DNA from: Candidatus Latescibacterota bacterium
GTDB lineage: Bacteria; Latescibacterota; UBA2968
DNA: 64,000 nt
Assembly: GCA_965198115.1 (NCBI GenBank)
Contig: OZ240241.1
Coordinates: forward strand, 3,264,001 to 3,328,000
Direction of reading: 5' to 3'
A program made the translations under genes and the position numbers. A model generated the notes under the pieces. The model was given only the letters and a program-made list of their open reading frames with translations, was not told the origin of the DNA and ran no database searches. Positions 53,424 to 64,000 of the stretch are shown here, in pieces (position 1 is the stretch's first letter; every line of letters starts with the position of its first letter).

Positions 53424-53666
53424 TCCTGGCACGATGATCGTCCTATGGCAGCGGGATCAGGCCGAGCGTAGACGAACTTGGCCGCTGGGGGCGGTAGGTC
53501 GTGGATGGCGTGTTCCCGCCTTCGCGCAGGTGCGCTTCCTCTCGACTTTGCTCGAGACAGGCTCCGGGAACCAGTTGTCAGTCGTCAGGGAAGCTTGCCC
53601 CAGAAAGGGGAAGAGAAACGACGATTGGCGGGAACATGATGACGCGATCGCGAGGCCTGCGCAACC

Positions 53667-53695
53667 TTGACAGAAACCATCGGAAAGTTTAGATT
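53667..53695 (+). promoter_or_regulatory. sigma70 promoter of the tRNA
   Basis: TTGACA-N17-TAGATT, 15 bp before the tRNA. Confidence 0.75.
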
Positions 53696-53710
53696 CTCAG
53701 CCACTTAGGT

Positions 53711-53786
53711 GACCCCGTCGTTCAGTGGCCTAGGACACCTGACTCTCACTCAGGAAACGGGGGTTCGACTCCCCTCGGGGTCACCA
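53711..53786 (+). tRNA. tRNA-Glu (CTC)
   Basis: Acceptor stem GACCCCG/CGGGGTC; anticodon arm CCTGA-CT CTC AC-TCAGG; GGTTCGACTCC T-arm; encoded CCA; 76 nt. Confidence 0.96.
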
Positions 53787-55305
53787 TGCTAACGCAACCC
53801 AGTGAGTCTAGCAGCCCTTCCGGATTGGCTTCCAGGAGGGCTGCTCCTGTTCTGGGAATCTTGATTTGGCGGATGTGTTCCTGGAGCAGGACCTTCTGCT
53901 CCTCGGGCGTTGCGTAGTTCAGAGTCTCCTTCAGGTCCCGAATCGCGGCCTTGATCTTCCTCCGACCCATATTCCCCACCTGAGCTTTCTCAGCACCCTT
54001 CAGTTCCTTCGTCTCCGCCTTTAGCTCAGTCTTCCGGGCCTCACACGCTTTGTATTCCTTCACGAAATCCTCAATCGGGCCGCCGGCCTTAATAGCCGCC
54101 GTCAGGTTCTTCATCTCCCGATCGACCTGCCGAATCTGGCGATCTACCTCCTTCGCCCGTCCGGAATTCGCCAGTCCCGTCTCTTTAAGCTGAGCCCTCA
54201 ACTCCTCGAGAATGGCCTCGATCGTGTCCACGTTGAGCAGCTTCTCGGACAAGAGGTCCAGAACTGCCCCCTCCAGCTTGTCTTTGTTGACTGTCCGGCC
54301 GTTGCCGCAGACAGCCTTGCCCCGGTTCGAGTGGTAGGAGCAGCGGTAGAATTTCCGGGCTTTCCCGTTCTTCTTTGTCGTGGTGATCGTGAAGTTGGCA
54401 CCACATTCCTCGCACTTGAGGAGTCCTGACAACAGAAACTTCGAGCGAGCACCCTTGTGGTTCGTCTTGCCACTGTCAATATGGAAGCTGATCTGTCCCC
54501 TCTGTGCCTGGACCGCCTCCCACAAGCCGGCCTCGATGATCGCCGGATGTGCGCCTTCGGCAATCACCCACTCTTCGTGCGGCTTTGGAACCTTCGTCCC
54601 TCGCTGCAGCTTCTTGTTTCGCCTGGTCTGATTCCAGACACGATTTCCCAAGTAATTCTCGTTTAGGATGATCGTCCGCACCCCAGAAATGTCCCACGTC
54701 CCATCCCGGGGCGAGATGACGCGATCAGCATTCAGATTGTGAGTGATCTTCTTGTAACCCAAACCTTCGGCGTACTCTCTGAAGATGTGCTGAACGATTT
54801 CTGCTTCTTCGGGCACGACCTCGAATGTCGTGTATTCGACCACCTGGCCGTCTTTGTCTGTCTTCCCCTCAGGATCTGGTACCTTCACACGTCGATAGCC
54901 ATAGGGCGCCTTGCCGCCGCCGTGGAATCCCTTCTTCGTGACCTGCTTCTGGCCCTGGAAGGCGTATTCGCCAATCTGGATTGAGTCGAACTCATCCTTC
55001 CATTCGTAGATCCGCTCTATCAGCGTGCCGATATGGCCTTCCGGGACCGGCTGGGACACGAACCTGACATCTACCCCTTGTCGGCGTAGCCCAATCTTGT
55101 TGAAGATGGCCTCATCCTGGTCGCGACCGAATCGTGATGTTGACCAGGCGATTACGACATCGAACGGGCGTTCCCTGTCCTTGGCGATGCCGACCATCTG
55201 GTTGAAGGCTTCACGCCGGAAGGTTGACGTTCCGGATCGGGCCTCATCGACGAAGATGTTGGCGTCATCCAGAGTCCATCCCTGCTTGGTGATATATTCC
55301 CGACA
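53746..55305 (-). pseudogene. Large serine integrase lacking its N-terminal catalytic Ser motif
   Basis: CREY...FVDEARSG, SRFGR, PYGY, HPAII, LLSGLLKCEECG, YRC; in-frame TAG at 55306-55308 with no start; C-terminus overlaps the tRNA. Confidence 0.88.
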
Positions 55306-55310
55306 CTATC

Positions 55311-56123
55311 GGGGGCAAGGGCGCGAACCAGGCGGTCGCCGCCGCCAGAGCGGGAGGCAACGTGCGTTTCGCCACCCGAATAGGATCGGATGCTTTCGGC
55401 GATGCCGCGCTCGCCGCACTCACGGACGATGGCATCGACGTGCGGCTCGTCCAACGGTGTTCCGACCGTCCCACGGGGGTCGCCCTGATCACCGTCGATC
55501 GTTCCGGCGAAAATTGTATCGTCGTCGCATCGGGTGCGAACGGCGCGATCTCGCCCGACGATCTCACACAGAGCGACCTCGACGGATGCGCCGTGTTCGT
55601 CACTCAACTCGAGATCCCCCTCGACGCCGTCGTGCGCGGACTCGGTCTCGCCCGCCAGAAGAGGCTCGTGACATTGCTGGACCCCGCGCCGGCGCAACCG
55701 CTCGAACCCGAACTGCTCGCTCTCGCCGACTGCGTGACTCCCAACGCATCCGAACTCACGACCCTCACCGGGCTCCGTCTGAACTCGGTGTCGGACTGCG
55801 AAAAAGCGACGGCCCCATTGCGCGAAGCCGGCGTCGCCACGGTCATCGTCACGCTGGGACCCGAAGGGGCGGTCCTGGTGGACGATCGAGGTTCACTCCA
55901 CCAACCAGCGCCCAAAGTCTCTGCAGTCGACGCAACCGCGGCGGGCGATGCGTTCACCGGAGCCCTGGCCGCTGAATGCGCGGCAGGCCGGACCCTCCGC
56001 GAGGCGCTGGCTTTCGCCGTCTGTGCGGGAGCTCTGGCTACAACCGTCGAGGGTGCTCAGCCTGCGATTCCCCACCGAGCGGACGTGAGGCGACTGGAAG
56101 AGCAAATCTCGGCCGGGCATTGA
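55311..56123 (+). pseudogene. rbsK: Ribokinase, 5'-truncated
   Basis: Begins at GGKGANQAVAAAR; QLEIP, PAPA, TPNASE, DATAAGDAF; N-terminal VVGS.N.D strand missing. Confidence 0.85.
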
Positions 56124-56148
56124 CCCACCATGCCGCCTTTCCTATATT
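56120..56148 (+). promoter_or_regulatory. sigma70-type promoter
   Basis: TTGACC-N17-TATATT. Confidence 0.5.
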
Positions 56149-56241
56149 AACAGTCCCCACTCGACAGGCTGTGCTAAGTCTTTATTCTTCACATAGATCG
56201 AAGGAACTCGGCCCTCTCCCCGCCAACAAGAGGGGTGTTCC

Positions 56242-56418
56242 GTGGACAACACGGCTGAATTCGAGGATCTTGTTCAGGAACTCGACACATTCGAACAGGA
56301 GGCCAAGAGTCTCCAGGAAAAAATCGCCCGGCTGATGCACGATGCACGGGAAGTTTCGGGTGTACCTTCCGGACCGGACGGGGCCCCCGAAGGCTTCTCC
56401 GAGGGAGGCGAGTCCTGA
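56242..56418 (+). CDS. Small acidic coiled-coil protein (58 aa, below the ORF-track cutoff)
   Basis: GAGGGG RBS; VDNTAEFEDLVQELDTFEQEAKSLQEKIARLMHDARE... Confidence 0.6.
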   Translation: MDNTAEFEDLVQELDTFEQEAKSLQEKIARLMHDAREVSGVPSGPDGAPEGFSEGGES

Positions 56419-56440
56419 TCCGAGCGAGATCGCTCCGACG

Positions 56441-56695
56441 ATGGTTCCGGGCAGGTGGACGCGACGCGTTCGCCTGCCTTTCTTCGACGTGCTGACCACG
56501 CTGCTCATCGCGCTGGCCCTCGTCGCCGTGCTCGTTTACCGGTGCGCCGGCCCGCGTGCGGAGCGATGTCCGGAATGTCAACGCAAGCGAGAGGACGATC
56601 ACCCCATCTGCCCCTGCGGGTGGGTTTACGAGTATCCAGAAACCGACCAGCCGCTCGAGTATGGCTCCTCTTCACCAGAGGAGGTCGACCCGTGA
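56441..56695 (+). CDS. Small membrane-anchored zinc-ribbon protein
   Basis: TM helix followed by CPEC-x10-CPCG. Confidence 0.6.
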   Translation: MVPGRWTRRVRLPFFDVLTTLLIALALVAVLVYRCAGPRAERCPECQRKREDDHPICPCGWVYEYPETDQPLEYGSSSPEEVDP

Positions 56696-57711
56696 AAATG
56701 ACCCTTCTCCTGTGTGCGTCGTTGCTGGCTTCGCTCCTCGCGGCGGAAACCGATCCCGAGACGGGTCGGTTTTCCTACGCCGTCAACAACCCGTTCGTCG
56801 ACGACACCCTCGCTCGCATCGCACTCTATCTGATCCGCGAAAATCATCGCGAAGGCATCGCCTACCTCTCGCCGGAAGTCGAGTCGGGCATCGTCGGGTT
56901 CCAGCTTCGCCTGTTCGACAACGGTAACGAACTCGTGGATGAGAAGGACAAACTGAGCGTACGTCGATTCACGGTCCCCGCTGTGCCCGACAGCACGATG
57001 CCGGATGGATACTGGCGGAACGAATATGTCGAGTATGTCGACGGAGGTCTCAACGGCCTGGACGAAGAGGACCACTACTTCGTGAACGGCCGACGATTCG
57101 ACCTGTTTGGCGAAAGTCTCACCGCCCTGACCCAACATCAGACCCAGGTCGAAACCGCAATCAACGCCTTCATCCAAAAAGTCGACTACCAGGCATCGCT
57201 TCGCGACCTCGGCTCGCGCACTCAGCTCTCGATCCGGAAGGGCTCGGCATTCGAGGACGGCTCGCTTCCCGCACAAGTCGTGTTCGGTCTCGACCTCAGT
57301 TACGTGTTCAAACCGATCGAACGAAACGGAACGGTGTTGCCTGAGGGAGCCATGCTGGAAGAGATCCGGTCACGCATCGGGTTCGTTTACAGTGCCACGC
57401 TCGGCTACACGAACCTGACCGGGTATCGGTTTCGCGATTTGGCCGACCAGACCGCCCTCCTGCAACGCTCCTACGACCCGGCTGAAAAGCGGTTGATCCA
57501 GCTGATCGTCGACAGCCTGTTCGATCCCGACGGCGACGGCCTCATCGAGGCTCAGAACATTTCCAACGGCTACACGCGCTTCCGGGAACTCCACCAGGAG
57601 CTGTCCGACAACGCGCGATCGGAAAACCGGCGGATCGTTCTTCCAGGAGAGAAAATCGGTCGTCTGCGTCAGGAATACGAGTCCGTCAGAAACGAACCCT
57701 TCCGTCTGTAA
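56692..57711 (+). CDS. Secreted hypothetical protein
   Basis: GGAGG RBS; GTG overlaps the upstream stop; signal peptide; DPDGDGLIE EF-hand-like loop. Confidence 0.7.
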   Translation: MKMTLLLCASLLASLLAAETDPETGRFSYAVNNPFVDDTLARIALYLIRENHREGIAYLSPEVESGIVGFQLRLFDNGNELVDEKDKLSVRRFTVPAVPDSTMPDGYWRNEYVEYVDGGLNGLDEEDHYFVNGRRFDLFGESLTALTQHQTQVETAINAFIQKVDYQASLRDLGSRTQLSIRKGSAFEDGSLPAQVVFGLDLSYVFKPIERNGTVLPEGAMLEEIRSRIGFVYSATLGYTNLTGYRFRDLADQTALLQRSYDPAEKRLIQLIVDSLFDPDGDGLIEAQNISNGYTRFRELHQELSDNARSENRRIVLPGEKIGRLRQEYESVRNEPFRL

Positions 57712-57729
57712 ACCGGACAGTCCACGAAA

Positions 57730-57766
57730 AAGAGGGGCATCACGCATCACGCGTTTTGCCCCTCTT
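57730..57766. terminator. Hairpin terminator between convergent genes
   Basis: AAGAGGGGCA / TGCCCCTCTT. Confidence 0.6.
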
Positions 57767-57885
57767 GTAGTTTGTCCTCTGGCGGCAGTCAGACTTCAGG
57801 TCGCCACGCAAACCCCGTCATTCGTCACCAAGCCTTCTTCAACACGCCGATCCGCCCACGCCCCGACCGCAGGGGCGGCAAAGCC

Positions 57886-60800
57886 TCAATCGATGAGATC
57901 GCCGAAGAAGTTGTTGAAAATCAGGAAGTCCGCCAGATTGACGCTTTCGTCGCCGTTGGCGTCCATTCGCCGGTGCGGCCTCTCTCCGACGGACCATCCG
58001 ACGTCGCTCGACGACTTGTTGAACGCAAGTATCAGCCGTGTAAAGTCCGCGAACCCGACCGACCCGTCACCGTCCACGTCCGCCCACCGTCCCAGATCGA
58101 GAGCAAGCGTCGTGAAGGAGATCACCGACACGGCGGTCTCTTGGCCGTCGAGCGTCCGATAACGAAGCTGGGCTGTTTCGATCCGGGTCTCATTATTCCC
58201 CGAGGCCTCGAAGAATCCCCCGATCGTTCGGAACGTCACCGTTCCCAGATAGCCATCTCCCGGACCGAAATTGCTGCCTTGTGAAACGATCCTCAACTCG
58301 AGCAGCCCTGGCGCGACGATCTCGGACGCGAACTCGCCGACGATCCAACCGTTCGACACCAGAACGAGGGCATCCCGATCATACGAAATCTGAATGGCCA
58401 CTTCCGACACTTCTGGCAGGTCTGAGACGTGAAGCTCCATCGACGCCGTCTCGTTCACACCTAAGCGTGTCGACAGAAGGTCCTGCAGACCGACGCGCGT
58501 GTCGAGGTCGAGTCGTACGCGATCCCGATTGGGCAACACGGCGCTTCCCGCCACATAAATGATCCGGACGCCCTCGATGTCATCCGTGATCCGAACCTGC
58601 CCTCCGAGGAACCCCGCATCGCTCGGCGCGTAGGTCAGGACGATCGTCTCGCTCTGACCGGGCGGCAAATCGTGGATCTCGGTCGCGTTCGACGTGACGC
58701 CCTGGGCAATCAGTTCGATGTCGAACGACAGCTCGACACCCCCGTCGTTCCGCAGCTCGATCGTGTGCGTACTCGTTTCTCCCACGAGCACGGCGCCGAA
58801 CTCCAGGCTGTCAGGAAGATCGACGATCGGGAACGACAACGTATTTCCGACCAGGTTGTTGTTGGAGAAGTCCGCCTCCAGAATGCTGCGATCCGGGTTG
58901 ATGGTCACACCCCATCGAATAGCCGTCGGTGGCTGGCTCCCGGGGACGATGACGGGAACGTTGACTTGCTTGACCTCATCGGGTTCGAGAATACTCGACA
59001 CCTCGGTCACGCCGACCAGCACATCCGTCTCGTCACCGACCACGTCGTCCGTCGTCAGATAGATCGCCACTTCGAAATCGGCGATCGTGCTACCTTCTCC
59101 AGCGTTCCGGACATCCACAAGAATGTTGTAGAGACGACCGCGTGAAACTTCGTCGGGTCCCTCGAGCGACCCCAGGACGACCAGGTCCGGCGGAAACGGA
59201 ACGACGGTGAACAGAAGTCCGATCTGCGCGTTGTTCGTCTCATTCGACTCGATCACCGTGCCACCCTCGTCCACCACCAGCCCCCAGTGATAGTTGGACA
59301 GCGGCAGGTCGGCGGGAACCATCAGCGGAACTTCCGCCACAACGATCTCGCCCGCACCCAGCCCCCCGGTCACCGTCAGGTCGCCCACCCGCACATCGTC
59401 TTCGTCCCCCGCAAGGGCGTTGCTGCTTATGACGGCCGCAATCACGAAGTCGTCGAGCAGGGGCCCACCCGAGAAGTTCTGGATTTCGGCCGACACGGTG
59501 TAGGTGCCCTCTCTCAGCACCTTCGTCGGCCCGACAGGATCCGTCAAAATATGAAGATCCGCAGCGTCGGACGAAACAACGACCGTCGCCGTCGAAACGC
59601 CCCCGTTGTTGAGCTCGCTAACTTCTGTCTCGAAACTCGTCGCATCCACCAGGGCCGCGTATCGGTAGGTCCCCACCGGATGCTGAGATGGGATCGTCAC
59701 CTGCACTTCGAGCGGTGCCCGTGCGTCGTTCAGCATTTCTTCGGTGTAGGTCGTGTTACCGATCCGGACACCGTCGTCGTTCCCTGCCGTCGCGTCTTCG
59801 CTCAGGTAGATCGAAACCTGAAACGCGCCCGTCGTCGTCCCCGCCCCCACGTTCTGAATCTCCAGACTCACGGTGTGGAAAGAGTTCCAAACGACGAGCT
59901 CGGGTCCCTCCGGAGCGATCGACACGACCAGATCGGCGGGCTGTGCGACCACCGTAAAGGATTGGCCGAGGCGCAGGTTATCGGTCTCTTCCGATTCTTC
60001 GATGAACCCACCGTCGTCGACCGCGGCCGCCCAATTGTAGACCCCTGTCGGTTGGACAGCTGAAACGATGACGGGGACGCTCACCATCAGTTTGTCACCC
60101 GCCCCGATCGGGTTGAGAATCGCCGTGTCGCCGACACGAATGTCATCCTCGTTTCCGACGATCAGGTCGGTCGTCAGGTAGACGGCCACGTCGAATGCCG
60201 TGTCAGTCGGCCCGTCGCCCTGGTTCTCGATCTCGAGCGTCACCGTCGTCGACACACCCTGGTAGATGGCCGCGTCGCCCTCGGGTTGGATCGAGATGGT
60301 CAGATCGGGTTCGGTCAGGATGATCTGGACATCGCCGCCAACCTGGACGTTGTTGCTTTCGTCGGTCTCCGGCTGAGTGCCGAAAGCATCGACGACGGCG
60401 ATCCATCGATAGGTGCCTTCGGCCAGGTCCTCGGGCACGAAAACATTGATGTTCTGTGTGCGACTCTCACTCGGATTGACGCTATCCTGCAGCACAACAC
60501 TTCCGACCTGCAAATCGCCTGCGTCGAAAAGGGTATCAACACTCAGGTAGATCGTGACGTCATACGGCGCGAACGACGTTCCCGAACCCGCGTTCATGAC
60601 TGTGACCGACACGCTCCCCGACGTCCCCAAAGACATCAGACTCGGGCCGGTCGGGCCGTCGCTCACAACAAAATCAGGCGGCGTCGGTGCGACCTCCACC
60701 CCGTTCCCGACACCGGCGTTGTTGTCCTCATCGCTTTCGGCGACCACGTTGCTGGCGTCGACCTGAACAAGCCATTGGTAGGCCCCAAGGGCCTGAAGCG

Positions 60801-60962
60801 AAGGAACCCTGATCGGAATCGCCAGAGATCGCGTCTCACCCGGGTCGAGCACGACGGCAACCCCCTTGTCCCCGACCTTTTCGATCGTGGAGGGCTGGTC
60901 GTCCTCGCTCAGATAGGCCGTCACGTCGAACGTGCCGGAGGTCGGGGTGTCGCCCTGATTCC
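57886..60962 (-). pseudogene. CARDB-repeat surface protein with Ig-like, cohesin-like and dockerin-like C-terminus, 5'-truncated
   Basis: About 6 repeats of PDL.V...N.G.G....F.V.IYLS.D...E..E.NN; LEFGAVLVG; tail ADVDGDGSVGFADF / DANGDESVNLADF; stops mid-repeat at the mini-element. Confidence 0.85.
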
Positions 60963-61724
60963 TGTTACGGCTTACGATAGATTCCCGCCCAGATTACGCT
61001 ATTCGCATTCTCACGCACCAAGAACTGACGACCCGGAGATAAGGGGGATGAACTCTCTGGGCGTTCCGATGTAGACCGCGCCCTTTTCATTTTCCCACAC
61101 GCCCGAGAAATAGGCTCTCGAACCGCGAAAATAGCGCGTTTCGACCGATTAGGCTCAAGACGTGGCCAGGCCAGGTCCCAGCGGGCATAGGGGGGTGCGG
61201 AAAACCTGTGGCCGTCCGACCGGAGACCGGTCATGTCCCGTTTCTTTTGCTAATCCGTCCTAATTTCAGTCCCGGACTGGCGCATCGCGGCCGTTGTCGA
61301 CGAAAGGGGGTTTTCAGGTGTCGGAAACACTTAAACCAGTTCAAAAACAAGAGCTTGCGTCTGTCGACAAGGCGGCTTTGAAGGTGCTTCCCGAAAATGG
61401 CGAAGCGGGGTAGAAAATCGGCCGTTTCCCTGGCGGTGTTGCCGATGGCGGACCCGTCGGAGGTCGAGAGCGTTTCGCGTCCCGATCCCCCGGAATGTGC
61501 CAAACGCGTTCGCGTAAAGAAAGGGACATCAGGCGTAGGTCCGACAACCGCTTTTGGCCGTTGCGCCTTGTAAGTACTCCTATGGCACTATGTCGCATGG
61601 CCGCCAGATCTTAGGTGACCCTCAACTCATTAGGGAACGGTCTCCACTGTTAACCGTATTGAAACGATTCTGCCTATTTTGCGAATAGCTTAAGCCAGGC
61701 GGAGAATTATCGCAAGGCGTCACA
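60963..61724. mobile_element. 762-bp non-autonomous element with TGT...ACA ends
   Basis: 45-bp terminal inverted repeats, 34/45 identical; no credible ORF; both neighbouring genes break at its ends. Confidence 0.78.
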
Positions 61725-63470
61725 GCCATCCAGATGCTCTACCTCGGTGTGGCCCTACAGAGCCGAGGTCAGACCCGGGCCCTGGCCGACGGCATCGGCA
61801 AACCTGTTGCGATTGCGCTAGCCGGGCTCGGTCTTGTCCTCGCGACCGACATACCGCCCCAAGTGCTCGCCATCACCACGGCCGTCGCCGCCGTTGCCTG
61901 GATCTTTCTGGCCCGCCTGAACCACGCGGCCTACGTTCGCGCCCTCATCGCGTCGATCGGCTCTCATCGCTTCGACGCATCGGCCGAAACGGGCCCCGTT
62001 CAGGACAAGGCCTTCGAAGATCACCTCCGCAACGCTCTGGCGACCGGCTCGGATGAGGAAATTACCTATCTGCTGGGCGTCGTCTCCACGATCGACGCGG
62101 ACTGGACGCCCGAGTTCCGTCGCGTACTCGACCGGGAGTCGCCCCACATCAAGGTCATGGCACTGATACATCTCACCGCCAACGGGACGACGTCCGACGC
62201 ACTGGCGGCTCAGCGCCATCTGTCCCACGTCGATCCGTCCGTCCGTGCCGCCGCCATTGAAGCCCTGGCAGCCCTGTCGGAAGACGATCCGCTCGAAGAC
62301 ATCGAACGATGCCTGGACGATCCGGACCCGGAACCCCGTGCGGCCGCGATCGCCTGCATGATCGGAAGCGGTGACCTGGACCGCCTGCTCAGCGCCGGCG
62401 CGTCACTCAAGACCTTGCTAGAATCGCAGGCTCCAACAGAACGGATCGGCGCGGCGACCGCCCTTTCCAAGATCGAGCGCGGGGGCATGGTTCGGCCCCT
62501 CGTCCGCCTGTTGCAGGATGACGATCCCGAGGTCGTCATCGCCGCCCTCCGGGCGTGTCGCAACCAGCAAGACCCCCTCCTCCTGCCCGTCATCACGCCC
62601 CTCCTGGCGGAACCGCACGTGGCCCACGAAGCGGCGGACACGTTGAAGGCCTTCGATTCGAGCGTTCTGGACCACCTCATCCCCTACATCGAGCTCGCCC
62701 CGGAAGAAGGTGCCTTCGACGGTGCCGCCGGAATACCCCCAATCCTGGCCGAAATCGGGGACGAGGCCTCCGTCCCGGTTCTGGCAAAAGCGTCTCGCTC
62801 CGCCGACCTCACCCTCAGAGCGCAAGCAATCGAGGCGCTCGCACAGCTCATCATCCGCCTAGGTGCCCAGAATCGCTACGCCGAGGAGACCCAGGAACTT
62901 GCCAGGGGCGAGATCGATGCTTGCCTCCAGTGCCGCGTGCGTCGAGCGGCTGTTCGAACCGCCTCTCGGGCTCAGGTCCTCGTCGATGCACTCGATCACC
63001 AGGCCGGCATCCACCTCACGAATGCGCTAAGGCTCCTCGACCTCACCACGCCCGAAGTCGATTTCCTTCAGCTGCAGGACTCCATTCGGCTGGGTGGGCC
63101 CCAGCGTGCGAGCGCGCTCGAGGTCGTCGACAACGTTGTCAAAGGACCCCTTAAGACGGACCTTCTGGCCTGCCTGGACGGCCGCACGCCGAGCGTGCTC
63201 AGCCAGGAGGATCCTCTGGACGCCATCCTCGCGAGCGACACGTCGGAATGGGTGCGGATCGGGACCCTCTTCGCGGCCTCAGAGGGACCGGACCGAGAGC
63301 TGATTCGGCAATCGACCACTCACTTGGAGCCCGTCGTGCGGGAAACCGCCCTGTTCGCCCTCCACCACGTGGCACCCGCGTCGGCCGTCGAATCCGCACA
63401 GCGTCTCAACTCGGATCCGGCGGTCGTCGTGCGAGACATAGCGAACCAGATTCTGAATGAATCTTCTTAA
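61725..63470 (+). pseudogene. Npt/TLC-type transporter plus HEAT-repeat protein, 5'-truncated
   Basis: Starts in the last TM segment (QMLYL..R...RA..DGIGKP, Y..AL..S), followed by HEAT repeats. Confidence 0.75.
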
Positions 63471-63671
63471 TTGACTGCACCGCAGACGATTAAATGCGTT
63501 TCCAAATGCAGAACAACCACAATAGCCCTGTTCGATGACCAACACTTCGACTTCGCTCGCGACTTCGCCGACAACCTCCGTCAAGGCTCCCGCCATCAGG
63601 GTGGCTATGTCGTGCAGCCAGTGTGACGGTGCTTTCCAGAACGATCATCCCCAGCGTCATACGCGGCCGTC

Positions 63672-64000
63672 ATGATAACCGTTGAGAAAATCCTATTTCT
63701 TCGAAACGTGCCTCTCTTCTCCAGCATGCCGCCGGAGGAACTCGGGGCCCTGGCCGGCATCGCGGAGGAGGTCGTCTACTCGACGGGCCAGGCCATCATC
63801 GAAGAAGGCGCGCTAGGGGACACGATGTATCTCATCGTCGAGGGCGAAGTCGACGTCCATCGTGGAGACGATTCGCTTGCTGTTCTGAAGTCGCAGGACT
63901 ACTTTGGAGAAATGACGATTCTCGACGGAGAACCGCGATCGGCCAGCGTCACGGCTCTTCAAGACTGTCTCCTGCTGCGCATCAACCAGACGGACTTCCA
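63672..64000 (+). CDS. Cyclic nucleotide-binding domain protein (runs off the window)
   Basis: MITVEKILFLRNVPLF...GDTMYLIVEGEV...FGEMTILDGEPRSASV. Confidence 0.9.
   Translation, partial: MITVEKILFLRNVPLFSSMPPEELGALAGIAEEVVYSTGQAIIEEGALGDTMYLIVEGEVDVHRGDDSLAVLKSQDYFGEMTILDGEPRSASVTALQDCLLLRINQTDF

Noticed and set aside
61583-61597. TGGCACTATGTCGCA as a sigma54 promoter
   Set aside because: GG-GC spacing is 9, not 10
60965-61598. Three short minus-strand ORFs inside the mini-element
   Set aside because: No motifs, overlapping, atypical composition
1-64000. CRISPR array, cas genes, retron/RT or defence operon
   Set aside because: No regularly spaced repeat-spacer pattern and no such proteins among the ORFs

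Overview
GC-rich bacterial chromosome segment. Secreted proteins with dockerin-like, cohesin-like and T9SS/FlgD-type C-termini suggest an FCB-related lineage such as Latescibacterota (inference). Layout: (1) 1-4.6 kb: SLC13 transporter, stand-alone IorA-like enzyme and DegT aminotransferase. (2) 4.7-20.1 kb: decayed accessory region with a large serine recombinase, NHL/dockerin and 4xCHRD surface proteins, ISL3 copies 1-3, remnants of IS3, IS21, IS256, IS200 and an rve transposase, and gene fragments. (3) 20.1-27 kb: metabolic genes. (4) 27-51 kb: a heavily decorating glycan locus (SqdB, sulfotransferase, carbamoyltransferase, two B12 radical SAM enzymes, methyltransferases, FemAB-like GNAT, Wzx). 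It is split into four modules, each preceded by a sigma54-type promoter, and three of those also have a sigma28-type promoter. (5) 51-56 kb: IS256/ISL3 scar and tRNA-Glu(CTC), overlapped by a 5'-truncated serine integrase that abuts a 5'-truncated ribokinase. (6) 56-64 kb: small ORFs, then a CARDB/cohesin/dockerin gene and a HEAT-repeat gene, both cut by a 762-bp non-coding TGT...ACA mini-element. Many single-base frameshifts look like long-read assembly errors. All calls come from reading motifs by eye; no database searches were run.
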